This document shows positions 1 to 10,169 of a stretch of 64,000 bases of DNA, piece after piece. The notes under the pieces were generated by a model. It worked only from the letters and a program-made list of their open reading frames with translations, did not search any database and was not told the DNA's origin. How positions within the stretch are numbered: the first letter of the stretch is position 1; each line of letters opens with the position of its first letter. Origin of the DNA: a virus; the UHGV virus genome UHGV-0036853; one strand, written 5' to 3'. A program made the translations under genes and the position numbers.

Positions 1-5
1 AAAAT

Positions 6-23
6 GATAAGTAAGTACTTATA
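6..23. repeat. motif family 1 (ATAAGTAnnTACTTAT-type imperfect palindrome)
   Basis: gataagtaagtacttat; other copies near 3528, 10137, 14851, 17794, 21315, 24750, 28978, 33761, 40675, 42641, 44555, 46064, 51355 and in the cores of palindromes A and B. Confidence 0.6.
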
Positions 24-66
24 TATTTTCAAGAGATAAAAAAGGCGTCCTGTGGACGCCTTGTGT

Positions 67-1140
67 TTACTCTTCTACTGACTCGGTGGGATTGTCTTTT
101 GATCTCCGGTCGTCGATTGCCTGTAAAGCCGCAATGATTTCAGCTAGTGGCTTCTCCCGATACATCTCGACGATCTGTGATTTGGTGTATTTCTTGTCAC
201 CAATTTCTACGCGCCCGCTGGCGTTCTTTGGCAGGTATCCTTCATCCAGCATGTACTCGACGAGCGATTCGATAACGTCGAGGCCACGAGTAGGATCGAA
301 GTAGAATTTCCAGGTGCACTTGCCATACGGTGGTGCAACTTTGTTTTTGATGCACTCTGCGCCTACGTCCTGACCGATCTTCTCTTTACCATCCTTCATC
401 ACCGATGCACCGAGACGGATGCGCACAGAAGCGTAAAACTTCGGTGAATCGCCGCCTGGTGACGTCGTAGGGTCGCCAAACATTACACCGATTTTTGTGC
501 GAACCTGATTCAAGAAGATGATGCAGGCGTTATATTTGCGTGCCCACAAAGCCAGAGTGGGGAAGTTCGCGCTCGTCGCACGAGCAAGCGCCGTATTGTC
601 GTTCATGTTTAGCTGATCTTTGTCTTTGGCAGTGCCTTCAGCCATCTTTTCGAACTTCTCGGCTTTGGAGTTCGGAACCATAGACGCAAGTGAGTCAGCC
701 ACGATACAGATAGGTGCTGATTCAGGAATAAGCTCTTCATCACGTACCAATTTAAGTATTGTGCCGATCAACTCTACAGAGTCTTCGAAGGTATCTGGCT
801 GCTTGTATACCCACTGACCGTCATCCTCATCTGCATTCAAGCCATTGGCTACCGCCAGGCCAACGTCAAAACTGTTCTCATGATCGAGGAATACCGCCAG
901 ACCATCTTGTTTCTGAGCGGAGATCATTGCTGCTGTTGCCAAAAAGGTTTTCCCCGCGCTTGGCGGGCCGAATACTTCTACGATACGACCACATGGGAAA
1001 CCGCCATCGTAACGACCGGAAATAGCTTTGTTTAACGGAGGAAAGCCTGTGTCAATCCAATGAGTTACTTTCTGAATTTCGTCGTTGCTACCGATTTTCT
1101 TTTTCAGAGCAAGTGCCAGTGCGGATTTTCCTTTTGCCAT
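67..1140 (-). CDS. RecA-family recombinase
   Basis: Walker A GPPSAGKT; FLNQVRTKIGVMFGDP and GGDSPKFYASVRIRLG align with the RecA core. Confidence 0.85.
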   Translation of the reverse strand: MAKGKSALALALKKKIGSNDEIQKVTHWIDTGFPPLNKAISGRYDGGFPCGRIVEVFGPPSAGKTFLATAAMISAQKQDGLAVFLDHENSFDVGLAVANGLNADEDDGQWVYKQPDTFEDSVELIGTILKLVRDEELIPESAPICIVADSLASMVPNSKAEKFEKMAEGTAKDKDQLNMNDNTALARATSANFPTLALWARKYNACIIFLNQVRTKIGVMFGDPTTSPGGDSPKFYASVRIRLGASVMKDGKEKIGQDVGAECIKNKVAPPYGKCTWKFYFDPTRGLDVIESLVEYMLDEGYLPKNASGRVEIGDKKYTKSQIVEMYREKPLAEIIAALQAIDDRRSKDNPTESVEE

Positions 1141-1142
1141 GA

Positions 1143-1415
1143 TCAGGCTCCTTTTGTTTTGTTGATTCGTTTTAAAGCGGCGGATTCGTCGAATACAATC
1201 GCATCGTGGTTAAGGAGTCTGGATACACGAGCGAGGATTTTTACGACCTGCTCGCTGACTAATCCAAACTCGCGATCTGTCGCTTTAATTCCGGCAGCGC
1301 CTAGAATTGACGGCAGTGCGATGACAGCGTACTCACCGTGATAAAAGACAATCTCTTTTGCCAGTTGGGTAGGGGTGGTTGTAGCGCCATTAATAATCGA
1401 TTTAAGCATTAGCAA
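1143..1415 (-). CDS. hypothetical protein
   Basis: ORF translationally coupled to flanking genes. Confidence 0.35.
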   Translation of the reverse strand: MLMLKSIINGATTTPTQLAKEIVFYHGEYAVIALPSILGAAGIKATDREFGLVSEQVVKILARVSRLLNHDAIVFDESAALKRINKTKGA

Positions 1416-2353
1416 TACCTTTCGAATGGAAGAACAAACACTTCAAGGTCTTCAAGGAACGAACGGAAATTCAGCTCGTAGCACAGTTGCTCGAATGCTT
1501 TCACGTCACGATTGCCTTTGATTGTTTCGATTTCGGTAGGCGGAAACTTCGTCTCAATCAGGTTCATTAGCGTGATGTTTCTCTTGAACGCTTCGAGCAT
1601 TCGACAGCCTGTTTTCTCGTTGAAGGCATTCTTCGCTAGTTTGTTGAAGGCGGTCTTATGACGCCCTTTATTAACCACGATTGAGCCGTCGTTGATGCCG
1701 CGTACCATCGTTGCGACACTTCCCCATTCATGCAGCAGCTCTTTCGCGCCGCCAGCACCAATGCCACCAACACCGCTAATGTTGTCCGAGTTATCGCCTT
1801 GTAATGCTTTTGCTTCCAAAAATGCGCGAGGCGTGGCGAATCCTGTCAGCTCCGCAAATTGCTCAAAATTAACCTGCTTGTTTTTGGCGTCTTCACGCAG
1901 GCTTACCCAGCTTACGTTTTCGCGAACTAACTGAAGCCAGTCGCTATCGCCTGTTAACAGATAGATGTGTTCAACGGTTGGCTGCGGTGCCATGCGGGAT
2001 ACCAGCAGCCCGGCCAGATCATCCGCTTCTGCATCTTTTGCAATGATTTGGTTAACACCAAGCGCGGTCATCATTTTGAGGATGTATGGCTTCTGGACAG
2101 CAAAGCCTTCCTTCATCTTTTTCATATCAGGATCGTCGTCGCGATTTGCTTTGTAGTCCGGGTAAAAGTCGCGACGCTTGTCACTAAATCCATCCCAAAG
2201 AATCATAGGTCGGGCATGGAGGATGGAGGCATAACGACGGACGTTCTTAACAAAGCCGAAAGCAGCCTGTACTTCCATTTCGCCGTTGTGCAATTTGTCA
2301 GATTGTTGGTGGTAATAACCCAGGCTATTGCCATCTACGAAGAGATAATTCAC
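1409..2353 (-). CDS. 5'-3' exonuclease / flap endonuclease (PIN plus H3TH)
   Basis: FVDGNSLGYY N-terminus, LLTGDSDWLQL and GVGGIGAGGAKELL motifs; start moved from track GTG 2404 to in-frame GTG 2353 behind GGAAGGA because a terminator hairpin lies at 2374-2397. Confidence 0.75.
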   Translation of the reverse strand: MNYLFVDGNSLGYYHQQSDKLHNGEMEVQAAFGFVKNVRRYASILHARPMILWDGFSDKRRDFYPDYKANRDDDPDMKKMKEGFAVQKPYILKMMTALGVNQIIAKDAEADDLAGLLVSRMAPQPTVEHIYLLTGDSDWLQLVRENVSWVSLREDAKNKQVNFEQFAELTGFATPRAFLEAKALQGDNSDNISGVGGIGAGGAKELLHEWGSVATMVRGINDGSIVVNKGRHKTAFNKLAKNAFNEKTGCRMLEAFKRNITLMNLIETKFPPTEIETIKGNRDVKAFEQLCYELNFRSFLEDLEVFVLPFERYC

Positions 2354-2413
2354 CGGTACATTCCTTCCAAAAAGTAAGGCGTCCGTAGACGCCTTACTGG
2401 TCACGTAATGGGA

Positions 2414-3436
2414 TTACAGAGAGTCCAGCTCTCTCAGTAGGTCATCCAGACCTTCGTCTTCCGTCGCAGATGCGGCTGCTACAGATGTCGTTGCGTCTGC
2501 TTCAGACTCTTTGGCTGATGCGGCAGCAGAACTTGTTTCTGATTTAAATTCAGATTCCATTGCTCGCAGAACTTCTTCATCAACCAGACTGGTTGGTTCA
2601 GAAGCTGGAGTGTGGGCGGTTGCTACAGCCGTCGCTCCTTCCGTATGACCAGTGATCGAGCCAAATCCAGGCAGTGCAGAGGCCGATGTTTTCGCTGTTG
2701 AGGAAATTGCTGGTGCCGATGCAGTGGCAGTTGGTGCAGCGATGCCAATCAGACGACCCATAGTGCGAACTGTCGCAAGAAGGCGAGTTTCATCGGCCTG
2801 ATTCACATAAGCAATCAGGTCATGTTGGTTGTTCCAGAATTTATCTTCGATATCACCTTTGAAGACTTTACGTTTTGGTGAAACGTCATATTCTGTATCG
2901 CGACCAGAGCCTGTGCGCTTAATTTGAAATGCGTAACCTTCCTCTTTGCTTAATGGATTGCCGATATCGTCAGCGATGTCTTCGGTGATTGCTTTGCAGA
3001 TATCATCGAACACAGTGGAAGGCAGTTCGATTAACTGACATTTCTCTGCATCGGAGAAATCCTCACGAGTTGAAAGAATGCCGTTTACCAGGTAGCGAGG
3101 GGTTGCACGCATTTGACCGATGCGCTCTTCCATTGCTTTGTTACCCTTGTGACGAGCGCGACCTTCCATCACCATTTCGCATAGCTGACAAGCGCGACCG
3201 TGAGTATGTTGCTCACAAATATAAGCATTGGTTGCTTCTTTACCTTCCTCGTTCTGATACTTAATGTAGTGCATACCAAAAGTCTGGAAGAACTTACCAT
3301 TCGGGTCGTCTTTATTAGGGAAGATGCGGATATAGTTGATGCCGTCTTTTAAGCGGGTCAAATCAGTGTTTTTGCCACGTTTGGCGGCAATGTCTTCACG
3401 AGTTTTGTTAAGCAAATCAAGTAATGTCTTAGACAT
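2414..3436 (-). CDS. gp32-like single-stranded DNA-binding protein
   Basis: YIRIFPNKDDPNGKFF N-terminal block, His-x17-Cys-x8-Cys-x2-Cys zinc pattern, acidic C-terminal tail. Confidence 0.55.
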   Translation of the reverse strand: MSKTLLDLLNKTREDIAAKRGKNTDLTRLKDGINYIRIFPNKDDPNGKFFQTFGMHYIKYQNEEGKEATNAYICEQHTHGRACQLCEMVMEGRARHKGNKAMEERIGQMRATPRYLVNGILSTREDFSDAEKCQLIELPSTVFDDICKAITEDIADDIGNPLSKEEGYAFQIKRTGSGRDTEYDVSPKRKVFKGDIEDKFWNNQHDLIAYVNQADETRLLATVRTMGRLIGIAAPTATASAPAISSTAKTSASALPGFGSITGHTEGATAVATAHTPASEPTSLVDEEVLRAMESEFKSETSSAAASAKESEADATTSVAAASATEDEGLDDLLRELDSL

Positions 3437-3553
3437 GTGTTTCTCCTTGTTGTGATTTGGCCGATGGCGCTATGCGCGTTGGGCTTTCGTTCATTCGTGG
3501 CTCTTTCGAGCTGTTAAATGATAGATCAGTACTTACTTATTATCTATCAAAAA

Positions 3554-3985
3554 TCAACGGGGAGTAATAAAGCGTTCAGAGCCTAATCGATCTAACTCAA
3601 CGATGGCCATCTTCGACGCCTGAACGATCATGTCTCGGCGATGCGAAAAGGCGGCGACAGCATGTTTGTATATGTCTGCGATGTGCCGTGCTTCATCCAA
3701 CTTCTGCCGTTTAGACAGATACTGTGGGTTTGTTTTAACCTTAGCGTCCAGTACAGACTCGTTGAACTTAATGCCGTTCATACTCAAGTTCTTACGCTCT
3801 GTGTCGTATAGCTTTGCTTCAACAGCTTCAAGGTTAAGTTTTGCCTCTGCGACACTTCTTTCTGCATGAGCGAGTTTTGAGCCATACTCCATTAAAAGGC
3901 GGGGTTGTCTACGCCAGACTTCCTCCAGATTGTCTCGGTCAAACTCGAGATCAGACATTATTTTCTCGTAAATATCGGTGATCAT
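3554..3985 (-). CDS. hypothetical protein
   Basis: ORF only. Confidence 0.4.
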   Translation of the reverse strand: MITDIYEKIMSDLEFDRDNLEEVWRRQPRLLMEYGSKLAHAERSVAEAKLNLEAVEAKLYDTERKNLSMNGIKFNESVLDAKVKTNPQYLSKRQKLDEARHIADIYKHAVAAFSHRRDMIVQASKMAIVELDRLGSERFITPR

Positions 3986-4361
3986 AGTGATATATCCATA
4001 CTTATTTTTACGTATTAATTATATCAAAGAAAGGAGTGTTATTTTGTTTAGGAGAGAGTTTTATTAGGGTGCAATAGGTCGAATGTTACATGGTTCAGTG
4101 AGTCGTAAACTTTTGCTTCATGGAGTGGTTTTCAACCTGACAATTTTTTTGTTAATATCAATGAGCTACTTGCATTTTGCTCCGATGATGCAACGTTAGT
4201 TATTGAGTACCGCAGGACATGTGGGAATTAACGCCTGTGGAGAGAACGGTCAGATAGGATCACTCATGGAAGCAGGAACTCTTGTTCGTTAGTACATAGA
4301 GAATGTCAATACTGAAATTGATTCGTAACTGCTCTTTTTCTATATAGTTGAGGATATTACG

Positions 4362-4694
4362 GTGAAAAAAGTATTAGGTGCTATTTTTGGTGGTTTGCTT
4401 CTTCTGCCAGTTGTAAGCAATGCAGCGGATGCACAAAAAGCCGTCGACAATAAAAAACCTGTTAACGCTTGGACCTGTGAAGATTTCTTGGCTGTGGACG
4501 AATCTTTCCAGCCTACAGTTGTAGGTTTTGCTGATGCTCTGAACAAGAAAGGCAAACCCGAAGATGCTGTTTTAGATATTCAGGGGGTTGCTACTGTAAC
4601 TCCTGCGGTCATTCAGGCTTGCACTCAGGATAAAAAAGCCAGCTTTAAAGATAAAGTTAAAGCCGAATGGGACAAAATTAAGAAAGATCTATAA
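4362..4694 (+). CDS. hdeA: acid-stress periplasmic chaperone HdeA homologue
   Basis: signal peptide MKKVLG..LLLLPVVSNAADA; near full-length match to the E. coli HdeA sequence as I recall it; GTG start. Confidence 0.85.
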   Translation: MKKVLGAIFGGLLLLPVVSNAADAQKAVDNKKPVNAWTCEDFLAVDESFQPTVVGFADALNKKGKPEDAVLDIQGVATVTPAVIQACTQDKKASFKDKVKAEWDKIKKDL

Positions 4695-4780
4695 TTCATA
4701 GAGTACGTTTTATCGTATTCTTATTGAATATTGAGCGAGTAAATCTCCTGTTAGGATGTTTTTCTTGAATGGGGTGTAAA

Positions 4781-5107
4781 ATGACAGTTTCATCTCTACG
4801 TAAGGCCATGATTTTTTTAGGTGCAGTAGCTGCTCTTTCGCTGGTGAATGCACAATCTGTGTTGGCTGCCGGTGGTTCAGCTAATGATATGACTTGTCAG
4901 GAATTTATTGACCTGAATCCAAAAGCGATGACGCCAGTTGCTTGGTGGATGCTCCATGAGAAAACAGTATATAAAGGCGGTGATACTGTAACTCTGACTG
5001 AAACGGATCAGACTCAGATTCCTGAAGTGGTTGAATACTGCAAGAAAAACCCACAAAAAAACTTGTATACCTTCAAAGATAAATTGGCAAATGTCCTGCC
5101 TAATTAA
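4781..5107 (+). CDS. hdeB: acid-stress periplasmic chaperone HdeB homologue
   Basis: SSLRKA.IF.GAVAALSLVNAQS..MTCQEFIDLNPKAMTPVAWWMLHE matches HdeB; start taken at internal ATG 4781. Confidence 0.85.
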   Translation: MTVSSLRKAMIFLGAVAALSLVNAQSVLAAGGSANDMTCQEFIDLNPKAMTPVAWWMLHEKTVYKGGDTVTLTETDQTQIPEVVEYCKKNPQKNLYTFKDKLANVLPN

Positions 5108-5113
5108 CTAATA

Positions 5114-5138
5114 AAACCCGCCAAATGGCGGGTTTTTT
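5114..5138. terminator. bidirectional intrinsic terminator
   Basis: hairpin cccgccaaatggcggg flanked by T-runs on both strands, between hdeB and the polymerase gene. Confidence 0.7.
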
Positions 5139-5139
5139 A

Positions 5140-8100
5140 CTATGTCTTAATAGTTTCTGCTACGTCGGCTAATATCGCTTCTAGTCGTTCTCCCTCTTCA
5201 GGTCTGAAGTAAAGAATGTTGGGGTTAAACCCGTAAAAGACAGTAACGTCAAGGTCTGGAAGATACTCCTTCCTGCCGACTAAATCGGATGGCTTGTTTT
5301 TGTTGTTAAACATTGCCGTTGCCCGGCTGCCACACGTCAGCACATAGGTCGGACGCACCAGATTGATCTCTTCACGCATAAAGTCGGTGAACTGGCCGAT
5401 CTCGTCTTTGGTGTAGTCCTTTTCTTTGTCTTTCACCTTTTTGCAAACGCCTGTGACATAGAGATCGCCCATGCGCAAATCCCCAGCCGTCAACAGCTTG
5501 GCCTTAAAATCGTCGTATCCGTTTTCCATAAAGTAACCGGTTCGAGCATCATTGCCGTTCGCATTGTCCAGAATGATCATGATTTTCGGCTTAATACCAA
5601 TGCTGGGGCGGATTAGTTCATCACCCAAGCCCATTTCAGCCGCCATCCGTGTCATGAGCACGTTAATCTCAGCCGAACGTTTGGGGTTCATCTCAAACGG
5701 ACGTGAGGCTTTAACTGCATCTATGACAAGGTTTCCCATCAATTCAGCCTGGTCGCGGAGGCGCTCTGGATCAGTTGCTGGCAGACTACCTGGCTCGATG
5801 GATGCAAACGCCCCTACTTTTTGCAGCGATTCGCGCACTCGACTATTACAGGCACGTTTCTCGACAGCTTCTTCGAATTGCGCAAGTGATTCGAATTTGC
5901 CGCCAACCTTTTCTCGCGCTCTCATGATGGCCAGGCAGCCATTCTCAGAACACCCTTTCACAGCAGAGAAGGGCGCATACAGCACCTGGCTACCATCTTC
6001 AAGCGTGCGGATCTCGATTCGGTTAGATGACACGTTAACGTCTGGTGGCAATACGCGAATACCATAGGTCAGCGCATCTTTAACCAGCCCCTGGTGTTTA
6101 TCTTCGCCAAGAATAGTGAGAGCAGCAGCGAAAAACTCTGCGGGATAATGAGTTTTCAACCACATAGATTGATAACTGATTAAGGAGTAAGCAACAGAGT
6201 GTGATTTGTTGAACTGGTAGGCACCATTCTTTTCGAATGCGGTCCAGATCTCCTTCGCTTTCATCTCTGATAGCCCTGGATGTGACGCTGTAACGCGTAC
6301 TGCGTTTATAGGTAGTTTTGCGCCGTACTCAAGTGCCTCTTCGACAGTTTTCAGAGTTCCGTCTTCGCATTTAAAATGTTCCGCACGGTGAATGCGCTGT
6401 GTAGTGCCATCTTCCAGCTCAACGTCTATCCAGCCAGCTTGAGCCTGAACGATGAACTTCTCGCCCATGCTCTTCATTTTTTCCATGTCTTTTTTGCCGA
6501 TCGCTTTACGAACGCCGTCAGCTTCAGCCATTGTGAAGCCAGCAAGCAATCGAGTCGCGTTCATCGTCTGTTCCTGATAGAGAATCACGCCATTTGTTTC
6601 TGCGGTAAGTTCATCAAGAACGGGGTGTAATGATTCCGGCGTCATAAAGCCTTTGGCGACAGAAACATAATCATCCAACATGCCTGACTGAATTGGTCCC
6701 GGCCGGAAGAGCGCAGTCGTAGCAACGACCGTTTTAAAGCTCATTGGCTCAATTCCACCACCTAAATCTTTAAGCAGCTTGCGCATTGGGCCTGATTCAA
6801 GCTGGAAAACACCTTGAGTGTACCCAGCAGCAAAACCATCCAGCACCTTGCGATCTTCAAGAGAAATGGCATCAAGATTGATATCTTCACCTCTGTTCTC
6901 TTTTATGTAGCGTTTTGCACTATCGAGCAAATCGAGAGTTGCTAGGCCAAGCACGTCCAGCTTAATTAGGCCCATAGCCTCGCAGTAACGCTTGTCAAAT
7001 GCGATACAACGCGCGTCACCACGTCGTTCAACCGGTGTACGTTCTGTCAGAGGAACACCTGCTACGATCATCCCTGCCGCATGTCTACCAAAGCCACGCA
7101 TAAGGCTTTGTAACTTGCAGGCTGCATTGAATGCATCAGGGTATTTTGTCGCGTATTTGTCGAGACTTGCCAGTTGTTCGCGCAGCTCCTCCAATGGAAG
7201 GCTATCATCCTCGACGTTCTTCAGTTCTTTTGATACCGCCATATCTGCGGACTCCACACCATAAATACGAGCGGTGTCACGTAGTGCAGAGGCCGCGCCC
7301 AGGTAGGTGAAGTTCGGAATGCCTGCAACGTAATCTTCGCCGTAGCGTTCATTCAGATACTCGATCACCTCATGGCGACGTGCCTGGCTGAAGTCCAAGT
7401 CCGCATCTGGCAAGTCGAGACGCTCAGGGTTGATGAAACGCTCAAACAGAAGACCGTGACGGATTGGGTCGACGTTGGTTATGCCTATGCACCACGCCAC
7501 CAGAGAACCGGCAGAGGAACCACGACCAGGCCCAACGGGAATGCCAGTTTCACGACTATGATTCATCAGATCGCGCACCATCAGGAAGTAACCACAGAAT
7601 CCCAGGCGAGTAAGCGTGTCCATTTCGTACTTTAGCCGCTCAACATAAACCCTGTTCTCAGAAGCTGGTGGTGTGTAGCCAAACTCTTTTGTGGTAAGAC
7701 GTTTACGCAGCCCTGCAACAGCCAGTTTCATCAGCGTTGCAGGTTCGTCGTCTGCCATCTTGGGCAGTGCTGGTGGCAATTCATGCCAGCGCCATGTACA
7801 GGCTTCGATAATGGCGTCCTGCGTTGTTGAGGCCATTGCAGCTGTTACCGGCACATCCATGCGAACGGAGAAGGCTTTAAGCGCCTCAAGGAGATGGCGG
7901 CGACCATTGACGGCGTTATCTCGCTGGTGGGGGATACGCAGACGATGCGGCTGGTCGATTTTGATGTTGTTCGTAACCATGTGCGCAATGTCTTTAATGT
8001 CTGCATCGTCGATCGATTCGTAATAAGCGGGATAAAACGCTACTGGCTCTATTTTCAGTGCGCTGGCGACTTTCATCGCCCGGAAGTTAATCTGGTCGTA

Positions 8101-8658
8101 GAATGGGGTAGGGTGCGGATAAACCACACTATAGAAGTTGTCTTTTCCACCCGCTGTAATCAGTGTGCTTATAATTTTTGCAAAATCGTTGCGTTGGAAC
8201 ACGCTACCGATGTCGGAAGTGAGCAGGATGATGTTGCCTTTGGCATATGTAGAAACCAACTGTTCGAGCGAGAGACGCGGTACAAAGTAGAACTGTTCTC
8301 GTGTGTTGGCCACCGTCATTAGTTCGCAGATGTCGCGATATCCTTGCTCATTTTTAATTAGAGCGGTAAACGAGTAGTTACGTCCTCGCTCTAATGATTC
8401 CATACATCCCTTAGACTCTTTAGCAAGTTTAGCCCGGTACTCGTATGTGGGATCATCAACGATATTTAGTTTCACACCACAAATAACCGCCATGTCGTCA
8501 CCAGCGGCACGTTGTAGTGGAATAACACTCGCAATATTCATGCTATCTGCTGAAATTACAGCGGTGTAGCCAGCTTCTCTGGCAATCTTCACCGCGTTTT
8601 CCGCTTTTAACGCCGACTCCCCAAGTGAGAAGTCAGTTCGAACCATCAGTGCCTTCAT
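5140..8658 (-). CDS. DNA polymerase III alpha-type (DnaE-like) replicative polymerase
   Basis: 1172 aa, N-terminal PHP-like region, polymerase-core conserved blocks. Confidence 0.85.
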   Translation of the reverse strand: MKALMVRTDFSLGESALKAENAVKIAREAGYTAVISADSMNIASVIPLQRAAGDDMAVICGVKLNIVDDPTYEYRAKLAKESKGCMESLERGRNYSFTALIKNEQGYRDICELMTVANTREQFYFVPRLSLEQLVSTYAKGNIILLTSDIGSVFQRNDFAKIISTLITAGGKDNFYSVVYPHPTPFYDQINFRAMKVASALKIEPVAFYPAYYESIDDADIKDIAHMVTNNIKIDQPHRLRIPHQRDNAVNGRRHLLEALKAFSVRMDVPVTAAMASTTQDAIIEACTWRWHELPPALPKMADDEPATLMKLAVAGLRKRLTTKEFGYTPPASENRVYVERLKYEMDTLTRLGFCGYFLMVRDLMNHSRETGIPVGPGRGSSAGSLVAWCIGITNVDPIRHGLLFERFINPERLDLPDADLDFSQARRHEVIEYLNERYGEDYVAGIPNFTYLGAASALRDTARIYGVESADMAVSKELKNVEDDSLPLEELREQLASLDKYATKYPDAFNAACKLQSLMRGFGRHAAGMIVAGVPLTERTPVERRGDARCIAFDKRYCEAMGLIKLDVLGLATLDLLDSAKRYIKENRGEDINLDAISLEDRKVLDGFAAGYTQGVFQLESGPMRKLLKDLGGGIEPMSFKTVVATTALFRPGPIQSGMLDDYVSVAKGFMTPESLHPVLDELTAETNGVILYQEQTMNATRLLAGFTMAEADGVRKAIGKKDMEKMKSMGEKFIVQAQAGWIDVELEDGTTQRIHRAEHFKCEDGTLKTVEEALEYGAKLPINAVRVTASHPGLSEMKAKEIWTAFEKNGAYQFNKSHSVAYSLISYQSMWLKTHYPAEFFAAALTILGEDKHQGLVKDALTYGIRVLPPDVNVSSNRIEIRTLEDGSQVLYAPFSAVKGCSENGCLAIMRAREKVGGKFESLAQFEEAVEKRACNSRVRESLQKVGAFASIEPGSLPATDPERLRDQAELMGNLVIDAVKASRPFEMNPKRSAEINVLMTRMAAEMGLGDELIRPSIGIKPKIMIILDNANGNDARTGYFMENGYDDFKAKLLTAGDLRMGDLYVTGVCKKVKDKEKDYTKDEIGQFTDFMREEINLVRPTYVLTCGSRATAMFNNKNKPSDLVGRKEYLPDLDVTVFYGFNPNILYFRPEEGERLEAILADVAETIKT

Positions 8659-8842
8659 GTGTTTTTACCTTTCTGGTTTTTTTGATTTTGTCATTGGGGA
8701 AGCCTACGAACTTCCCATGCATCGAAATCGCAACTTCTTTTGCTGATTGGTGACAATCGGGCTTGTCTGGACACACCAGACAAGCCTTACCAGTTTCAGA
8801 AGCAGCGATAAGAGAGCCGAAACATCCTTTACGCACGATCAA
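8633..8842 (-). CDS. small Cys-rich (zinc-ribbon-like) protein
   Basis: CLVCPDKPDCH; coupled between the AAA+ gene and the polymerase gene. Confidence 0.35.
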   Translation of the reverse strand: MIVRKGCFGSLIAASETGKACLVCPDKPDCHQSAKEVAISMHGKFVGFPNDKIKKTRKVKTHEGTDGSN

Positions 8843-10074
8843 CCAAATATTTTTTGAACAACTTCACGAGCCGCTTGTGCAGAAGCTGAAGGGAGTTTGT
8901 TAATGAAAGAACGCTCAATACCTGTCACGAAGTCGCCTCGCATCATTCCAATCTTGGCCGACAACAAAAGCTCACGAGGCCCAATCGGTTGGCTGATGTT
9001 GTGTTCTTCGTAACCATCGCGAACGATACCGGCAAACTTAACCATCTTTTCAGCGTATTCATCCACGATGCCGGCATTTATCAACATGTTGATCTCTGCC
9101 TCTTTGCTCATGTATTTCACATTTGAAACGATGCCAAAACGCGAAAAGTTCGCTGCGTTCTGGATGTTTGTCCCCTGGTACAAGCCAGTTTCATCACCAG
9201 AACCGTTTGTGTTGCCAGTGCCAATGAAAGCAAACCGTTCATGCGGAGTAATGCGACGCCATTCTGGTGTTGCCTCTTTGATGACCAACGCCTCACCTTC
9301 CAGCACAGGCTGATACACGCCAAGAATTTGTGGAAACGCAAAGTCGTATTCATCCGCGAGGTAAACCCAGCCATGCTTCATTGCGAGCGCAAGCAAGCCT
9401 GGCTCGAAATACGTAGAGCCATCACGCGCCAGAATTTGACCCGTAACATGAGCCTCTTCCATTGATGCTGTATGTTGGGCACGGATCAACGGACGATTGA
9501 GCAAAGCACATAGCTGTGTAGGCAATGACGATTTGCCTGTTCCTGCATGACCCCACAAATAGCCAGGTATGCCAAGTTCAAGCATCATGAAAATATCTTT
9601 GATCAGTTCGAAGTCGCCATATACGTAGCCTTTCTTCACTTCGGGAACGAACTCTGGAAACGGCGTATTGACGTTGACGCTAACCATGAGCGGCGTCCCA
9701 CGTTTTGTTCCGAGTTCTTCCACCGTTACGTCTAGCAGTTCGTGAGCTGCGACCAGATCTGTCTTGTACTCAACTGTGCCTATGTAGCCTGGGCTACTGG
9801 TCACGCCAGAAGATTTGGCCATTTCGCTTTTTTGCTCGGCACGTTTAGCTTGAATTGCATCCAGTGCCTTTTTCGATAGCGTTGGTTCATCTGGAAACTG
9901 CGTTGTGTACATTTTCAGTACGGTGTCAGGATCGGCATCTTTTACCGACTCAGGAATGCCTTCGCAATTACCATAGGCTACATGGGACTTAAAATAGTGA
10001 AATGATTTTCCGCACCACTTGCAAACAAGGTAATCAGAAGGATTTTTTTCATTTTGCAGTGCAGTAGTAGTCAT
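8839..10074 (-). CDS. MoxR/CobS-like AAA+ ATPase with N-terminal zinc finger
   Basis: Walker A GHAGTGKSSL, Walker B VYLADEYD, CKWCGKSFHYF N-terminus. Confidence 0.75.
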   Translation of the reverse strand: MTTTALQNEKNPSDYLVCKWCGKSFHYFKSHVAYGNCEGIPESVKDADPDTVLKMYTTQFPDEPTLSKKALDAIQAKRAEQKSEMAKSSGVTSSPGYIGTVEYKTDLVAAHELLDVTVEELGTKRGTPLMVSVNVNTPFPEFVPEVKKGYVYGDFELIKDIFMMLELGIPGYLWGHAGTGKSSLPTQLCALLNRPLIRAQHTASMEEAHVTGQILARDGSTYFEPGLLALAMKHGWVYLADEYDFAFPQILGVYQPVLEGEALVIKEATPEWRRITPHERFAFIGTGNTNGSGDETGLYQGTNIQNAANFSRFGIVSNVKYMSKEAEINMLINAGIVDEYAEKMVKFAGIVRDGYEEHNISQPIGPRELLLSAKIGMMRGDFVTGIERSFINKLPSASAQAAREVVQKIFG

Positions 10075-10169
10075 GCGTTTTTCCTTTGTTCTCTAATGAG
10101 CGTTCAACTTCTTATATAAATATATCATTAACTATCATAAGTAGTTACTTATCATTAAGGCTGTTTTAA

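Noticed and set aside
5552-8322. Plus-strand ORFs inside the polymerase gene (5552..6067, 7691..8023, 7894..8322 and others)
   Set aside because: Antisense to a long conserved coding region; no independent signals
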